From positions 96,152-116,151 of the forward strand of contig MU054197.1 of assembly GCA_013239625.1 (NCBI GenBank): 20,000 bases of DNA, written 5' to 3'. The notes beneath the pieces are model-generated. The model worked only from the letters and a program-made list of their open reading frames with translations, made no database searches and was not told the origin of the DNA. The stretch is from Lama guanicoe (Eukaryota). How positions within the stretch are numbered: the first letter of the stretch is position 1; every line of letters begins with the position of its first letter. The position numbers and the translations under genes are program-made. Shown here one piece after another: positions 1-11,286 of this stretch.

Positions 1-869
1 CTACCAGTTTATGCAGAATAACAAAGATTAAAACTGATGTTGGCAAATATCAACAAATATCTGCAAATTTCTTATTTGAACAATAAACATAGTTGTGTAC
101 CACTATTTTCTTTACTTTATTTTTAAATAGAATTAAGAGTTAAAAGGGAGACTAAGTTACCATTTAAAGAAAAAAGAGATATTTTATTGATATGATCATT
201 TGATGGAAAAATATGATAGTAAATTTAAATAATTTCTTGTAAGGAAGATGAGAAAAATGGAGAATTTGGAAAAAGACTGAAACATGGAGAGAGGGAAAAG
301 TACTTAGTGGTTTCTGGTTCATCCGGGAAAGTGTTAAAAGTGTTAAGTTAGGATAGGTTGGAACAGGAGATAAATGCAGGAACCTGCCCAGGGATCATGG
401 TCTCTATAATGTCATCCCTGGAATCATAAATGTCACATGATATAGTCTCAGATGGCACATTCATCATGTGGTAGAATATAAGAAGTAATTATATCTATGG
501 TCTTCTTTGTGCTGTTCTCAAAGCATTCTAATTGGTGCTTTCAATTCCTACCCTCAAGTGCCTACGCTATATTTTCTAGTCAATAGTTTCTGTTGCTTTA
601 ATGTTCCAGCCAAAGACAAGCTTACGTCCTCAGGGTGTCTCTTAATTCCTTTCCAAATCTAAGACCACAACTCAACTTAGTTTAGTCATTTCTTTATAAA
701 TCTGGCATCTGACTACCTTGGCATATCTTTATGTTTCACTGTATCTGGATATCCATGCAGGCAAATGCTTGTCATCTATTTTAGCTGCAACCTCACCACA
801 TTTCAACAACTCATCCTTCGACTTTGGGTGTCCTCCTTTTACCTACTTAGAATTTTTCTGTCTATTCTC

Positions 870-948
870 CTTTCCCTGTCTAACATGGATACCTGGACAC
901 TAAGCACAGCACATGCCACAGGATGCATTTTAGTATTTAGTGAATGAA
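870..948 (+). mobile_element. L2 (LINE-2) 3' terminal remnant
   Basis: ctggacactaagcacagcacatgccacaggatgcattttagtatttagtgaatgaa resembles the recalled L2 3' end (cctagcacagtgcctggcacatagtaggtgctcaataaatatttgttgaatgaatgaa). It is heavily diverged and the 5' extent is unclear. Confidence 0.6.
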
Positions 949-1629
949 AAATATATGTTGACTTAAAGCAAAATCTTCTTTCCTGAAACAACAAAACTCT
1001 CATGGATTTCAAACTATTTTGTTATGTTCTTTACTCTTTGCCACAAACTAGCTGTTTTCATAGCCCAAGGACTAGTCACTCAAGATAGCAAATAGAAGTA
1101 GGTAAGGAGACAAATTATTATTTTCTTCTTTAATCCTGACTCCAGAGGCCTAAAGCATTCCATTCTAATTTGCTGGAATTTTTCCTGTCTCTTCAGCACC
1201 CATCCACCCCAAATTGTCTGATTCTCTTCCACATTCCAATAAATCTACTGCCTTCTAATTAATTTACTTCTTACAATCAGAGATTTGTCCAGAAGAGACA
1301 TTGCCATTGCAAGTATTTAATTTAGGTTTATACACCCCACATAACTTGCACCGATTCTAACATTCACACAGTAAGTATCTAAGAGGTATTAACCCCTTGG
1401 ATGAGGTGGTCATATTCAGTAACCAAATTGCAGTCTAAAATGTGTGGACTACTAGGAGGTAAGGATGGTAGAATTAAAAATTTGTACAACTTCAAGAATA
1501 CCAAATTTCTGCAGATACTAGGAAATATAAAATATCCATGGAAGACTTTGACTATTTCCCATTAATTTAAAATAAAAGGTGAAGCATTTTCAGAATGTGA
1601 AATGCCAAGATATGCTGGAAAATTGTAGG

Positions 1630-2296
1630 CAAGGTCAGGGAGCATAAGGCTTCTTCTCACAATGATGCAGCCAGTGTCATCTGATAAGACTGAAATGGCA
1701 ACATTGAGTCCTGAAACAGTGTCATCAGTTGTGAAGAAACCCTTTGATAATCTGGAGAACTTGAAAATACGCCAAGGTAATCTCTAGCAACATCCCACCA
1801 ATATGACCTTTACCAAGAGAAGAAAAGAGCCCACTTGCAGCTGGAGAACTCTGTCTGGACAGCAGTGGCTGTTCCTACAACAGGAACATCAAGCTTCTTA
1901 GTTTGTCAACACAACTCTAATGGTGGCAAAGTTGTTGCTTACATTAGCAGTCAAGGGTTCAAATGGGCTGGTTTAGCAGCTAGTTACCAGCTCTCTTATC
2001 AGACAGTGTGTCTTACCGTGATCATCTTAACAAGGTTCTATACTGATAAGTCAAAAGCTGCAGTTTAATTTCCAAATTAGAAATTCTAAGGAAGAATATT
2101 ATTTGTCCATCGGTAATTTTCTACCAGGGTAAAGCTAGACTATTTGCAAAAGTACAAAAGTTGGCTCGTGTTTGAAAACTATACTCTGAGCTCTGTCCAC
2201 TGAATTCTTCCCACTAAATACTACAATTCTGTCTACTACTGTGTGTGTATGAAGATGGATTGTTAAACAGTAACTAAGTTTGTCTTAGTTGAGTCA
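1630..2296. promoter_or_regulatory. Candidate enhancer: GATA and nuclear-receptor half-site motif cluster
   Basis: CTGATAAG at 1681 and 2043, CTTATCAG at 1995, TGATAA at 1745, CAAGGTCA at 1630, TGACCTT at 1804, CAGCTG at 1838, TGAGTCA at 2290. Motif evidence only. Confidence 0.25.
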
Positions 2297-3280
2297 TCCG
2301 TGAATTTTTCCTCTGCATCTGGCAGAATCTCTGTGAAATAAGAGATTCATTGAACCACCAGGTTTTCTTCAGATCAGGGAGAGAGAGATTATATTTTTTC
2401 CAGTATTCTAATTGTTATCTGTTCATTGAATCCCGAGCTGATACTAGGGCCAAGCCACTGAACCCTTGAATTGGACTGAGGCATATACATTTTCCAGTCC
2501 CCAGAGCACAGCACAGGACTGTGTCTCCTTTTTAATTTAAGCTTATGTCTAATTTTTTTCTCTTATTTTCATTGTTGACACAATTTATTTTGTCTTTGAA
2601 CACTCATTGACTAATTTATAGACTGAACCACTTAGAAATTGCAATAACCTTTCTTTCCTATGACTACCTGGAATAGAGTGAGCGTAGTCATAATTTTGAA
2701 AGCAGTTCTCTGTCCTAATAATGCAGAAACTTTACACTTCTTTGCCCAGCACTTGAGCAAGAATTATTGTTTTGGATCTCAGGGATTATCCTCACATCCC
2801 CTAATGCAACCATGAGAAAACACCACATTGTTTTCCAAAATGTAGTCTTTGTCAGTATTGCATTCCCATTGCAAAACAGTTAAGAATTGTAGGAGTTCTG
2901 AGATTTTACCATGCTGAGATTTTTAGCAACCTTGCATATTCATTTCCTACAGATGATATCAGGGAGAGGAGACCCCCTCACAGACAGTGAACTCTGTCAC
3001 TCAGAGCGAGAGCAACCAGGGTTAAATTTGAATCCATTCCCCAATCTCAGATGAATACACAGAGTGAAATTTTGATGCCTGCAAATGAGTGGGTTGTTAA
3101 CATGAAGAAGATTTAAGGCATAGTAAAGCACTAATTTTATTATTATCTTTATGCATAACTTATTAGAATCACTTATTTATTATTATCTTTACCTATGATA
3201 AGTATATCATGACTCAAGTTTACTTACTGCAAAAACAATCATGAGAAAAGACATGGGAAAAAATGACCATTGAATTTCCA

Positions 3281-3620
3281 TTTTTCCTTCCGCTTTTATT
3301 GAGATATAATTAGCATAAAACATTGTGTAAGTTTAGGTCACAGGATAGTGATTTGATTTATAAGTATCATGAAATAAATATCACAGCTTCTTTAGGGAGA
3401 ATTCATTATCTCATTTAGATACAATTTTAAAGAAATAAAATTTGTCTTTTTGTTCTGATGAGAAATCATATGGTCTACTCTCTTAACAACGTTCATATAG
3501 AACATAAAGCAGTATTAATTGTAATTTTCATGTTACTATGATTCATCCCTAGAACACGTTTATTTTTTGGCTGGTGGTGTGTAGCATTTGAGTGCATGAA
3601 TCAATTTCTCCTTTCCCAAC
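3281..3620 (-). mobile_element. L1 3' end (L1MA9/L1_Art-like), runs into assembly gap
   Basis: cttttattgagatataattagcataaaacattgtgtaagttt...tctactctcttaacaac...ccctagaac matches the recalled antisense 3' UTR of L1MA-type elements. Confidence 0.8.
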
Positions 3621-3851
3621 NNNNNNNNNNNNNNNNNNNNNNNNNNNNNNNNNNNNNNNNNNNNNNNNNNNNNNNNNNNNNNNNNNNNNNNNNNNNNNNN
3701 NNNNNNNNNNNNNNNNNNNNNNNNNNNNNNNNNNNNNNNNNNNNNNNNNNNNNNNNNNNNNNNNNNNNNNNNNNNNNNNNNNNNNNNNNNNNNNNNNNNN
3801 NNNNNNNNNNNNNNNNNNNNNNNNNNNNNNNNNNNNNNNNNNNNNNNNNNN
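3621..3851. other. Assembly gap (N run)
   Basis: Run of N. Confidence 1.
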
Positions 3852-6590
3852 TCATTTAATTCTGGAAAATTTTCTCTCTTAATTATACTCAACTATTTCT
3901 TTTTCTTCACCACATTTCCCTCCTTCTTGTGAGCAACCTGTTTCTTTCTATATCTATATCTCCATTTCTGTTTTGTTATGTTCATTTGTTTTAAATTCCA
4001 AATATGTGTAAAATCATTCAGCATTTGTCATTCTCTCTCTGACTTATTTCAGTTAGCGTATTACCCTCTTAGTCTACCCATTTATTGCAAATGACAAGAA
4101 CTTATTCTTTTTAGAGCTAAGTAATAACCCACTAAATTATATAGATAAATTAATATATATATTTAGTGTGTTTATATATTATATATATATATATAAATCT
4201 CTAGTTAATAGATGGGTTGATATATATACTATAAGCATACATCTTCTTTACCCATCATCTATTGATGAGCAATTAATTTTCTTCTATATCCTGGCTATTG
4301 TAAATAATGCCACAGTGAATATAGGTTTGAATTTTTCTTTCCTGATTAGTGTTTTTATTTTCTTGCAATAAGTATCCAGATATTGAAATGTTGGATCATA
4401 TTTCATTTTTAATTTTTAGATAAAATTCCATACTGTTTTCCACAGTGGCAGCACAAATTTACATTCACTCAAGTAGTGAATCAGGGTGCTTTTCCTTACA
4501 TGCTCACCAAAACTTATATTTTTATCTTTTTGATAATAGTCATTCTGACAGGACTGACATAAAATCTCATTGTGTTATGGGCTTGCATTTTTCAGATGGT
4601 TAGTTATATTTACTGATTTCATGTGCCTGTTTGTTTCTTTCCCCCCACTGAATATTCATTTTTAAAATGGTCTAAATGACCGTAACTGTCTGATTTCACT
4701 TTTAGGCATTGTGTTGTGTTCCTTTATTCTGTTTCTTCCGTGCCACTACCATATTCTTTTTAGTACTGTTGCTTTGTATTATAGATTAAAAATAGGGACA
4801 GTGATACATCCTCTTTGTACTATGTCAAAGTTGTTTGTGTTTTTAGTTTGGTTGTTCTCTTTCCTTTTCTTTTTTTTGTGATTTCAACTCTTTTGTGTTT
4901 AAATGTAAATTCAAGAATTATTTATTTTAAGTGTCTGAAAATGCCCTTGGTATTTTAAAAGGCTCTTAATTTAATTTGTGTAATTTCTTGTCTAGTACTG
5001 TCATTTAAACAATATTTTTTCCTAATCTATTAATAGAGTATATCCTTTCATCTGTTTGCATTATGTTCAATTTGTGTTATAAATATTTTATAGGTTTCTG
5101 AGAATAGATCCTTTACCTCCTTGGATGGATACATTCCTTGATTTTTTTTGTAATGTAACTCTAAATGATACAGTACCGTTACTTCCTCTATCTGTTAGCT
5201 TGTTGTTAGTTTGTAGAAATGCAAGATTTCTGTATGTTAATTTTGCATTCTGAAATTTTACCAAATGCATTGATAAGCCCTCATAGTATTGTGGCATCTT
5301 CTTTAGGATTTCTGTTTAAAGTATTTCATCTGCAAACAGATTCTTTTGCTCCTTTTCTGAAATAGCTAATTTTATATACTTTTATTTTGGATAGCTATGG
5401 CTAGAATTTCCAATACGATACTAAATAAAAGTGGTAAGAGTGAGCATTCTTGTCTTCCTCCTGCTCTTAAAGGAGATTCTTTCAGCTTTTAATCAGTGAG
5501 TGTCATGTTAGATGAATTCTTATCATATATGACCTTAACTGTGTTGAAGTATGTTTCCTTATGCCCACTTTGAGGAGAAATATAATCTTAAATAGATACT
5601 GAATATGTCACAATATTTTATGACTCTTTCTAGGTGACCATGTAATATTTATTTTTCAAATTGTTAGTGTGGTGTATCATATTAATTAATATCTGGGTAA
5701 TGAATTACTTTTGTATGCCTGGAAGGAAATGGACTAAATCATATTGTATAAACCTTTTAATGTATTGTTTGCTTTGCTAACATTTTAGTGATATAAGTGT
5801 GATACAGATAGGTGGGGTAGGAATCCTTCCTTCCTCTTCAAAATTTTGGAATTCTCTGAGATGTATTTTTGATTGCTCTTCTCTAAATGTTTGGCAGGGG
5901 TCAACTGTGAAGCTGACTAGGGCTGGAATTTTGTTTCATGGGAGATTTTATTTAATTACTTATTCAATTTCTTTAGTGACAATCTGTTCATATTTTCTAT
6001 TTCTCATTCCATCCTGGACATTTAGTGTTTGTAAGACATTGTCCATTTCTTCTAGTTTATCCATTTTTATTGGCATATAATTTGTTGTGTCTTCTTTGTG
6101 ATGCTTTGTGTTATTTTGATATAAGCTGAAACTTCTCATTTATTTTGGAGCTTATTAATCTGTACTCTCTAATTTGCTCATGAGTCTAGTTAAAGTTTAT
6201 CAATTTTATTTTTCTTTCAAAAGGCATTATTTAGTTTGATAAGATGTTTCTCTTTTTAATCTTTATTTTATTAATTTATGTTCTGACCTTTCAGCTGTCT
6301 TTCCTTCTAATTACTAGTTTGTTTATTATTTTGCTAAATCTTTTGTTTGTAAGAATATGTTATTTAAGAGAGATGTTTCTTTTTTATATAAGTGGGATTA
6401 TTTTGCTATAAGCATCCTTATTAATACTCCTTTGGCTATACCCCATGGACTTTGTTTTTGTAGTCATATTTCTTTATATATTTTTCTTTGATTTATACAG
6501 CAATCCATTTGCTGTTTAATATTGTATGATTTATCCTCCACACTTTACTATTTTTCCCAGGTTTCTATTTTTAGTAAATTTCTATTCTCA
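3852..6590 (-). mobile_element. Old degenerate L1, 3' UTR plus ORF2 (RT region), 5'-truncated, with an internal deletion near 4631
   Basis: Antisense L1 text (gacttatttcagttagc; catctgcaaacaga = FADE remnant of the RT motif at ~5327-5340; aaaagtggtaagagtgagcattcttgtc). Minus ORF 5088-5297 (LVKFQNAKLTYRNL) looks like frameshifted ORF2. Many stops. Confidence 0.9.
4126..4232. repeat. (TA)n-rich low-complexity expansion inside L1
   Basis: tatatata tracts at 4153-4161, 4173-4195 and 4221-4228. Confidence 0.8.
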
Positions 6591-8190
6591 CAGAATCCAT
6601 AAGTTTCTTCACAAAACAAGGAGAAAAATACTAAAATTTATACAAAAATATGAAATGCACACATTTTCTAAAATTATCTTTCAAAAATGAACAAAGTTGT
6701 GGGAATTATCCTCCCAGACTTTATAACATACTACAATACTACAGTAATGAATACATCAAAATATTGCACTAAAAGAAACACATACATCAATGGAACAAAA
6801 TAAAGAGTCCTAAAATCAACCCACACACATATGGTCAATTAGTCTACAATGAAGGAGGCAAGAGTATACAATGGAAAAAGGCAGTCTCTTCAACAAGTAG
6901 TTCTGGGAAAACTGGACAGTACATGTAAAATGAAGGTGTAAGAGCACTTCCTTCCATAATATATAAAATAAGATAAAAATGGATTAATTTCCTAAATGGA
7001 AAGCCTGAAACTATACAATTTCTGACCAAGAACAGGAGCAAAACTGACTTTGAGATAAATCAAGGCAAAATTTATTTTTGATCTACCTCCTAAGTAGAAA
7101 AAAAGGAAAACTAAAAATAACAATTTTTAGTTTACTGAGGAAGCAATAGATGTACTATGTGTTATTGAGATTCCACTTCTTGTATAAGTGTGAAGTGCAA
7201 AACCTTTTGCAGAGCAAATGAAAGCTTCAGCAAGACTTATGACAGCACACAGAATAGAATGAAGAATTTCAGACAATTAAACCAACATTTTGTTACTATC
7301 TTTTATATATATGTAGCATATCAGACTCAATATTTAAAAAGAAAGGCCACAAGTTAAAAACAGTTTAAGGATTTTCATGGAAACTTTTCAAAAAGACACA
7401 TGTGGATGATTTTCATGCACAAAAATAGAAACATAACGTTGTTATTCATTAGGAAACTGTAAATCAAAACCAGGATGAAATATAATATCACAGCAACCAA
7501 AATGGTTGTTAAAAAAATTCTTCAAATGGCAAACATTAATAAGAAAGTCGATAAGAGGGAATCCAGGTACAATTTTGGTGGAAATATAAATTGATGCATC
7601 CACTTTAAAAAATGTATGGAGAGTGCCCAGAAAATTTGTAATAGAAACATTATTTCTTGCAACTATTCAAGTTCTGGTACAAATCTGAAAAAAATGAAAA
7701 CATTAAATTTAAAGGATATATTATACTCAATTTTCTTAACAACATCATTTATAATAGCCAAGGATAGATGCACAACTCAAATGCCCATCAACGGATGATT
7801 GGCTGAAGTAGATGTGAAATATAGATAACATAATAAATACTTAGTCATTGTCATATCAAAAAATAAAATTCTGCCTTTCAGAGCAATGAGACTGGACCCA
7901 GACAGTGTTACACATAGGAAAATAAGTCATACGGAGAAAAACACTCTACGTTATCATTTACATGAGGAAACTAAAGATATAAGAGAAATAATCATAAAAA
8001 ATAGAAACAGAATCACATATATATGTGTAGTGTACCAAGTAGTGGTATCATGTGGGGACAGGGAAGAAGGATGGAGAAGACAGAAATGTGCAAGCTACTA
8101 GTTATAAATTAGAGAAGCAACAGGGCTGTATTTACAGCATAGAAATATATTTTAATATATTAAATGACTTTAAAGAGATTATAGTCATAT
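6591..8190 (+). mobile_element. Old 5'-truncated L1, ORF2 C-terminal region plus 3' UTR
   Basis: ctcccagactttataacatactac (LPDFxxYY), caatggaacaaaataaagagtcc (QWNKIKSP), cagtctcttcaacaagtagttctgggaaaactgg, aaatgcccatcaacggatgattgg. Colinear with 9990-11400 of this window. Confidence 0.9.
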
Positions 8191-8194
8191 ACTA

Positions 8195-8365
8195 TAGTAA
8201 AATGTGCATGTATGTGGGAAAAGCATTGAAGAAAAGACCCCAGGAAAAACAAAATATTGTGTAGAACTCTGATATTAAGGGAGGTGATTTGTTCACTTTC
8301 TTTACTGTTCTTAAAATTTCCATAGTAGAATTTAAGCTTTTAAATGAAAAAGCATATACTTTTGA
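8195..8365 (+). mobile_element. Ancient L1 (L1ME-like) 3' end remnant
   Basis: tgtgcatgtatgtgggaaaag...caggaaaaacaaaatatt...ggaggtgatttgttcactttctttactgttcttaaaatttccatagtagaatttaagctttttaaatgaaaaa follows the recalled L1ME 3' terminal pattern. Confidence 0.5.
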
Positions 8366-8384
8366 AAAAGTGATATAAGTTAAA

Positions 8385-8978
8385 ATAATTTCTGTCTCTC
8401 CCCTTAAATCAACAGTCAGTGAAACGATCACATCTCAACAAAAATAACTGCAACACAAAACAATACTTCAGAACGCATGTGTACAGCTGAAGTTTGGTGG
8501 GCTAAAACACATAAAGGTGGCTGAACTGAGGGAAGAGCAGTGTTGTTGCCTGTGTCCAAAGCCCACTGACTAGGGTATCTGAGCCCACAGATTCAGAGTA
8601 CCCAGTAGATACAGGGTCTCAGTGATTCACACAGTTTTAGCTTCCAAGTTCACCAGTACACATGGTCACAGGTAACTAGGAGGGAGCCACAATGAAGACA
8701 GAAATTCCATCCTTCAGACACTCAGACATTCATGACACTGTCCCTACTCCCCATTCAAAGTTGTGGAGACAAGGTACCTTGCAACACTGGACATGTCAAA
8801 GGCTCTTGCCTGAATCCAACTACCCACCTGTGTTTACACCTTACTTCAATGTGTACACTGAGTCTCAAGGGATATCAAATAAAAGGAAGGGTTTACTGTC
8901 CCAGGGACAAAAGTGGCATTAACCTCCATAGAATTCTAAGAAGTTACAATGAAAGAACATCTTTTATCCAAAAAGCAG
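8385..8978 (+). mobile_element. Probable 5' UTR and ORF1 start of an older L1 (left part of an interrupted element)
   Basis: More GC-rich segment ending in aagttacaatgaaagaaca (8941), similar to ORF1 N-terminal aagttgcaattaaaagaaca at ~17617. Confidence 0.5.
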
Positions 8979-8981
8979 CGA

Positions 8982-11286
8982 CTGATGAACATAGACGCCA
9001 AATTCCTCACCAAAATTTTAACAAATAGAATCCAACAACACATAAAAAAGATTATTCATCATGACTAAGTGGGGTTCATCCCAGGGACACAAGGCTGGTT
9101 CAACATATGCAAATCAATCAATGTAATACATCACATCAACAAGAGAAAGGACAAAAACCACATGATCATCTCAATCGATGCAGAAAAAGCATTTGATAAA
9201 ATTCAACACCAATTTATGATAAAATCTCTCACCAAAGTGGGTATAGAGGGAACATATCTCAACATAATAAAAGCTATACATGACAAACCTATAGCCAGCA
9301 TAGTTCTCAATGGTGAAAAATTCAAATGCTTCCCACTAAAATCTGGGACAAGACAAGGATGCCCACTATCACCACTCCTATTCAATATAGTCCTGGAAGT
9401 CCTAGCCAGAGCAATCAGGCAAGAGAAAGGAATAAAAGGGATCCAAATTGGAAAAGAAGAGGTAAAAGTGTCATTATATGCTGACGACATGTTACTATAT
9501 ATAGAAAATCCTAAAAGGTCCACAAAAAAAGCTACTAGAGATGATTGAAGAATTCAGCAATGTAACAGGTTAAAAAATTAATGTTCAAAAATCAGTTGCC
9601 TTTCTTTACACTAACGATAAATCAACAGAAAAAGAAAGTAAAGAAACAATCCCTTTTAAAATAGCACCCAAAGTAATAAAATATCTGGGAATAAATCTAA
9701 CCAAGGAGGTGAAAGAATTATACACAGAAAACTATAAACCATTGATGAAGGAAATTAAAGAAGACTTTAAAAAATGGAAAGATATTCCATGCTCTTGGAT
9801 TGGAAGAATCAATATTGTTAAAATGGTCTGTTCACACTAGGCAATGTACAGATTTATTGCAATCCCTATCCAACTACCCAGGACATATTTCACAGAACTA
9901 GAACAAATCATATTAAAATTTATATGGAACCATCAAAGACCTAGAATTGAATTGGCATTACTGAAGAGAAAGAAAGAGGCTGGAGGAATAACTCTCCCAG
10001 ACTTCAGACAATACTATAGAGCTACAGTCATCAAGACAGCATGGTATTGGTACCAAAACAGACATATAGACCAATGGAACAGAATAGAGAGCCCAGAAAT
10101 GAACCCACAAACTTTTGGTCAACTCATCTTCGACAAAGGAGGCAAGAATATACAATGGAATAAAGACAGTCTCTTCAGCAAATGGTGTTGGGAAAACTGG
10201 ACAGCAGCATGTAAAACAATGAAGCTAGAACACACCCTTACACCATATACAAAAATCAACTCAAAATGGATTAAAGACTTAAACATAAGACAAGATACAA
10301 TAAACCTCCTAGAGGAAAACATAGGCAAAACATTATCTGACATACATTTCAAAAATTTTCTCCTAGAAGAAATAAAAGCAAGAATAAACAAATGGGACCT
10401 AATGAAACTTACAAGCTTCTGCAGAGCAAAGGAAACCAGAAATAAAACAAGAAGAAAACCTACGGAATGGGAGAAAATTTTTGCAAGTGAAACCGACAAA
10501 GGCTTGATCTCCAAAATATATAAGCAGCTCATACGACTCAATAAGAAAAAAATAAACAACCCAATCCAAAAATGGGCAGAAGACCTAAACAAGCAATTCT
10601 CCAAGGAAGACATACAAATGATCAAAAAGCACATGAAAAAATGTTCAATATCACTAATTATCAGAGAAATGCAAATCAAAACTACAATGAGGTATCACCT
10701 CACACCAGTCAGAATGGCCGTCATTCAAAAATCCAAAAATGACAAATGCTGGAGAGGCTGTGGAGAAAGGGGAACCCTCCTACACTGCTGGTGGGAATGC
10801 AGTTTGGTGCAGCCACTATGGAAAACAGTGTGGAGATTCCTCAAAAGACTAGGAATAGACTTACCATATGACCCAGGAATCCCACTCCTGGGCTTGTATC
10901 CAGAAGGAAATCTACTTCAGGATTACACCTGCACCCCAATATTCATAGCAGCACTATTTACAATAGCCAAAACATGGAAACAACCTAAATGTCCATCAAC
11001 AGGTGACTGGATAAAGAAGATGTGGTATATTTATACAATGGAATACTACTCAGCCATAAAAACCGACAACATAATGCCATTTGCAGCAACATGGATGAAC
11101 TCAGCCATAAAAACCGACAACATAATGCCATTTGCAGCAACATGGATGCTCCTAGAGAATGTCATTCTAAGTGAAGTAAGCCAGAAAGAGAAAGAAAAAT
11201 ACCATATAAGATCGCTCATATGTGGAATCAAGAAACAAAAACAAACAAACAAACAAAAACAAAGCATAAATACAGAACAGAAATAG
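8982..11286 (+). pseudogene. L1 ORF2p remnant (reverse transcriptase plus C-terminal cysteine-rich domain), disrupted
   Basis: Motifs [36 protein letters not shown] (9477-9488) and [18 protein letters not shown]. Stop TAA at 9066-9068, frameshift in the A-run at ~9524-9530, and TAA at 9571. No endonuclease domain. Confidence 0.95.
11048..11148 (+). repeat. Perfect 50-bp tandem duplication (51-nt period) in L1 ORF2
   Basis: actcagccataaaaaccgacaacataatgccatttgcagcaacatggatg occurs at 11048-11097 and 11099-11148. Confidence 0.98.

Noticed and set aside
718..947. ORFs 718-903 and 765-947
   Set aside because: Short, no homology recognised, and they overlap an L2 remnant.
1095..1465. Splice-donor-like motifs (aggtaagg ~1100, cagtaagt ~1369, gaggtaagg ~1456)
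   Set aside because: No paired acceptors or reading frames, and such motifs are expected by chance.
1662..2068. Short plus-strand ORFs (including 1835-2068) as a possible exon or pseudogene
   Set aside because: No recognisable protein family, a TTG start, and no coherent splice structure.
2480..2530. Possible second L2 3' remnant (ccagtccccagagcacagcacaggactg)
   Set aside because: Too short and diverged to support by eye.
2929..2943. Minus-strand ATGAATATGCAAGG resembling an IGHV promoter octamer context
   Set aside because: The octamer is broken (ATGCAAGG, not ATGCAAAT), and I see no leader exon, V exon or RSS downstream.
8945..8978. Loose similarity of the left flank (aaagaacatcttttatccaaaaa) to the right flank (aaagaaatctctcacctaagaa) as a TSD
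   Set aside because: Far more diverged than the young L1 itself, and both flanks are better explained as ORF1 remnants.
11048..11148. Direct repeat as a CRISPR-like array, or RT-associated novel system
   Set aside because: Only two adjacent copies with no spacer, and the RT is an ordinary mammalian L1 ORF2.
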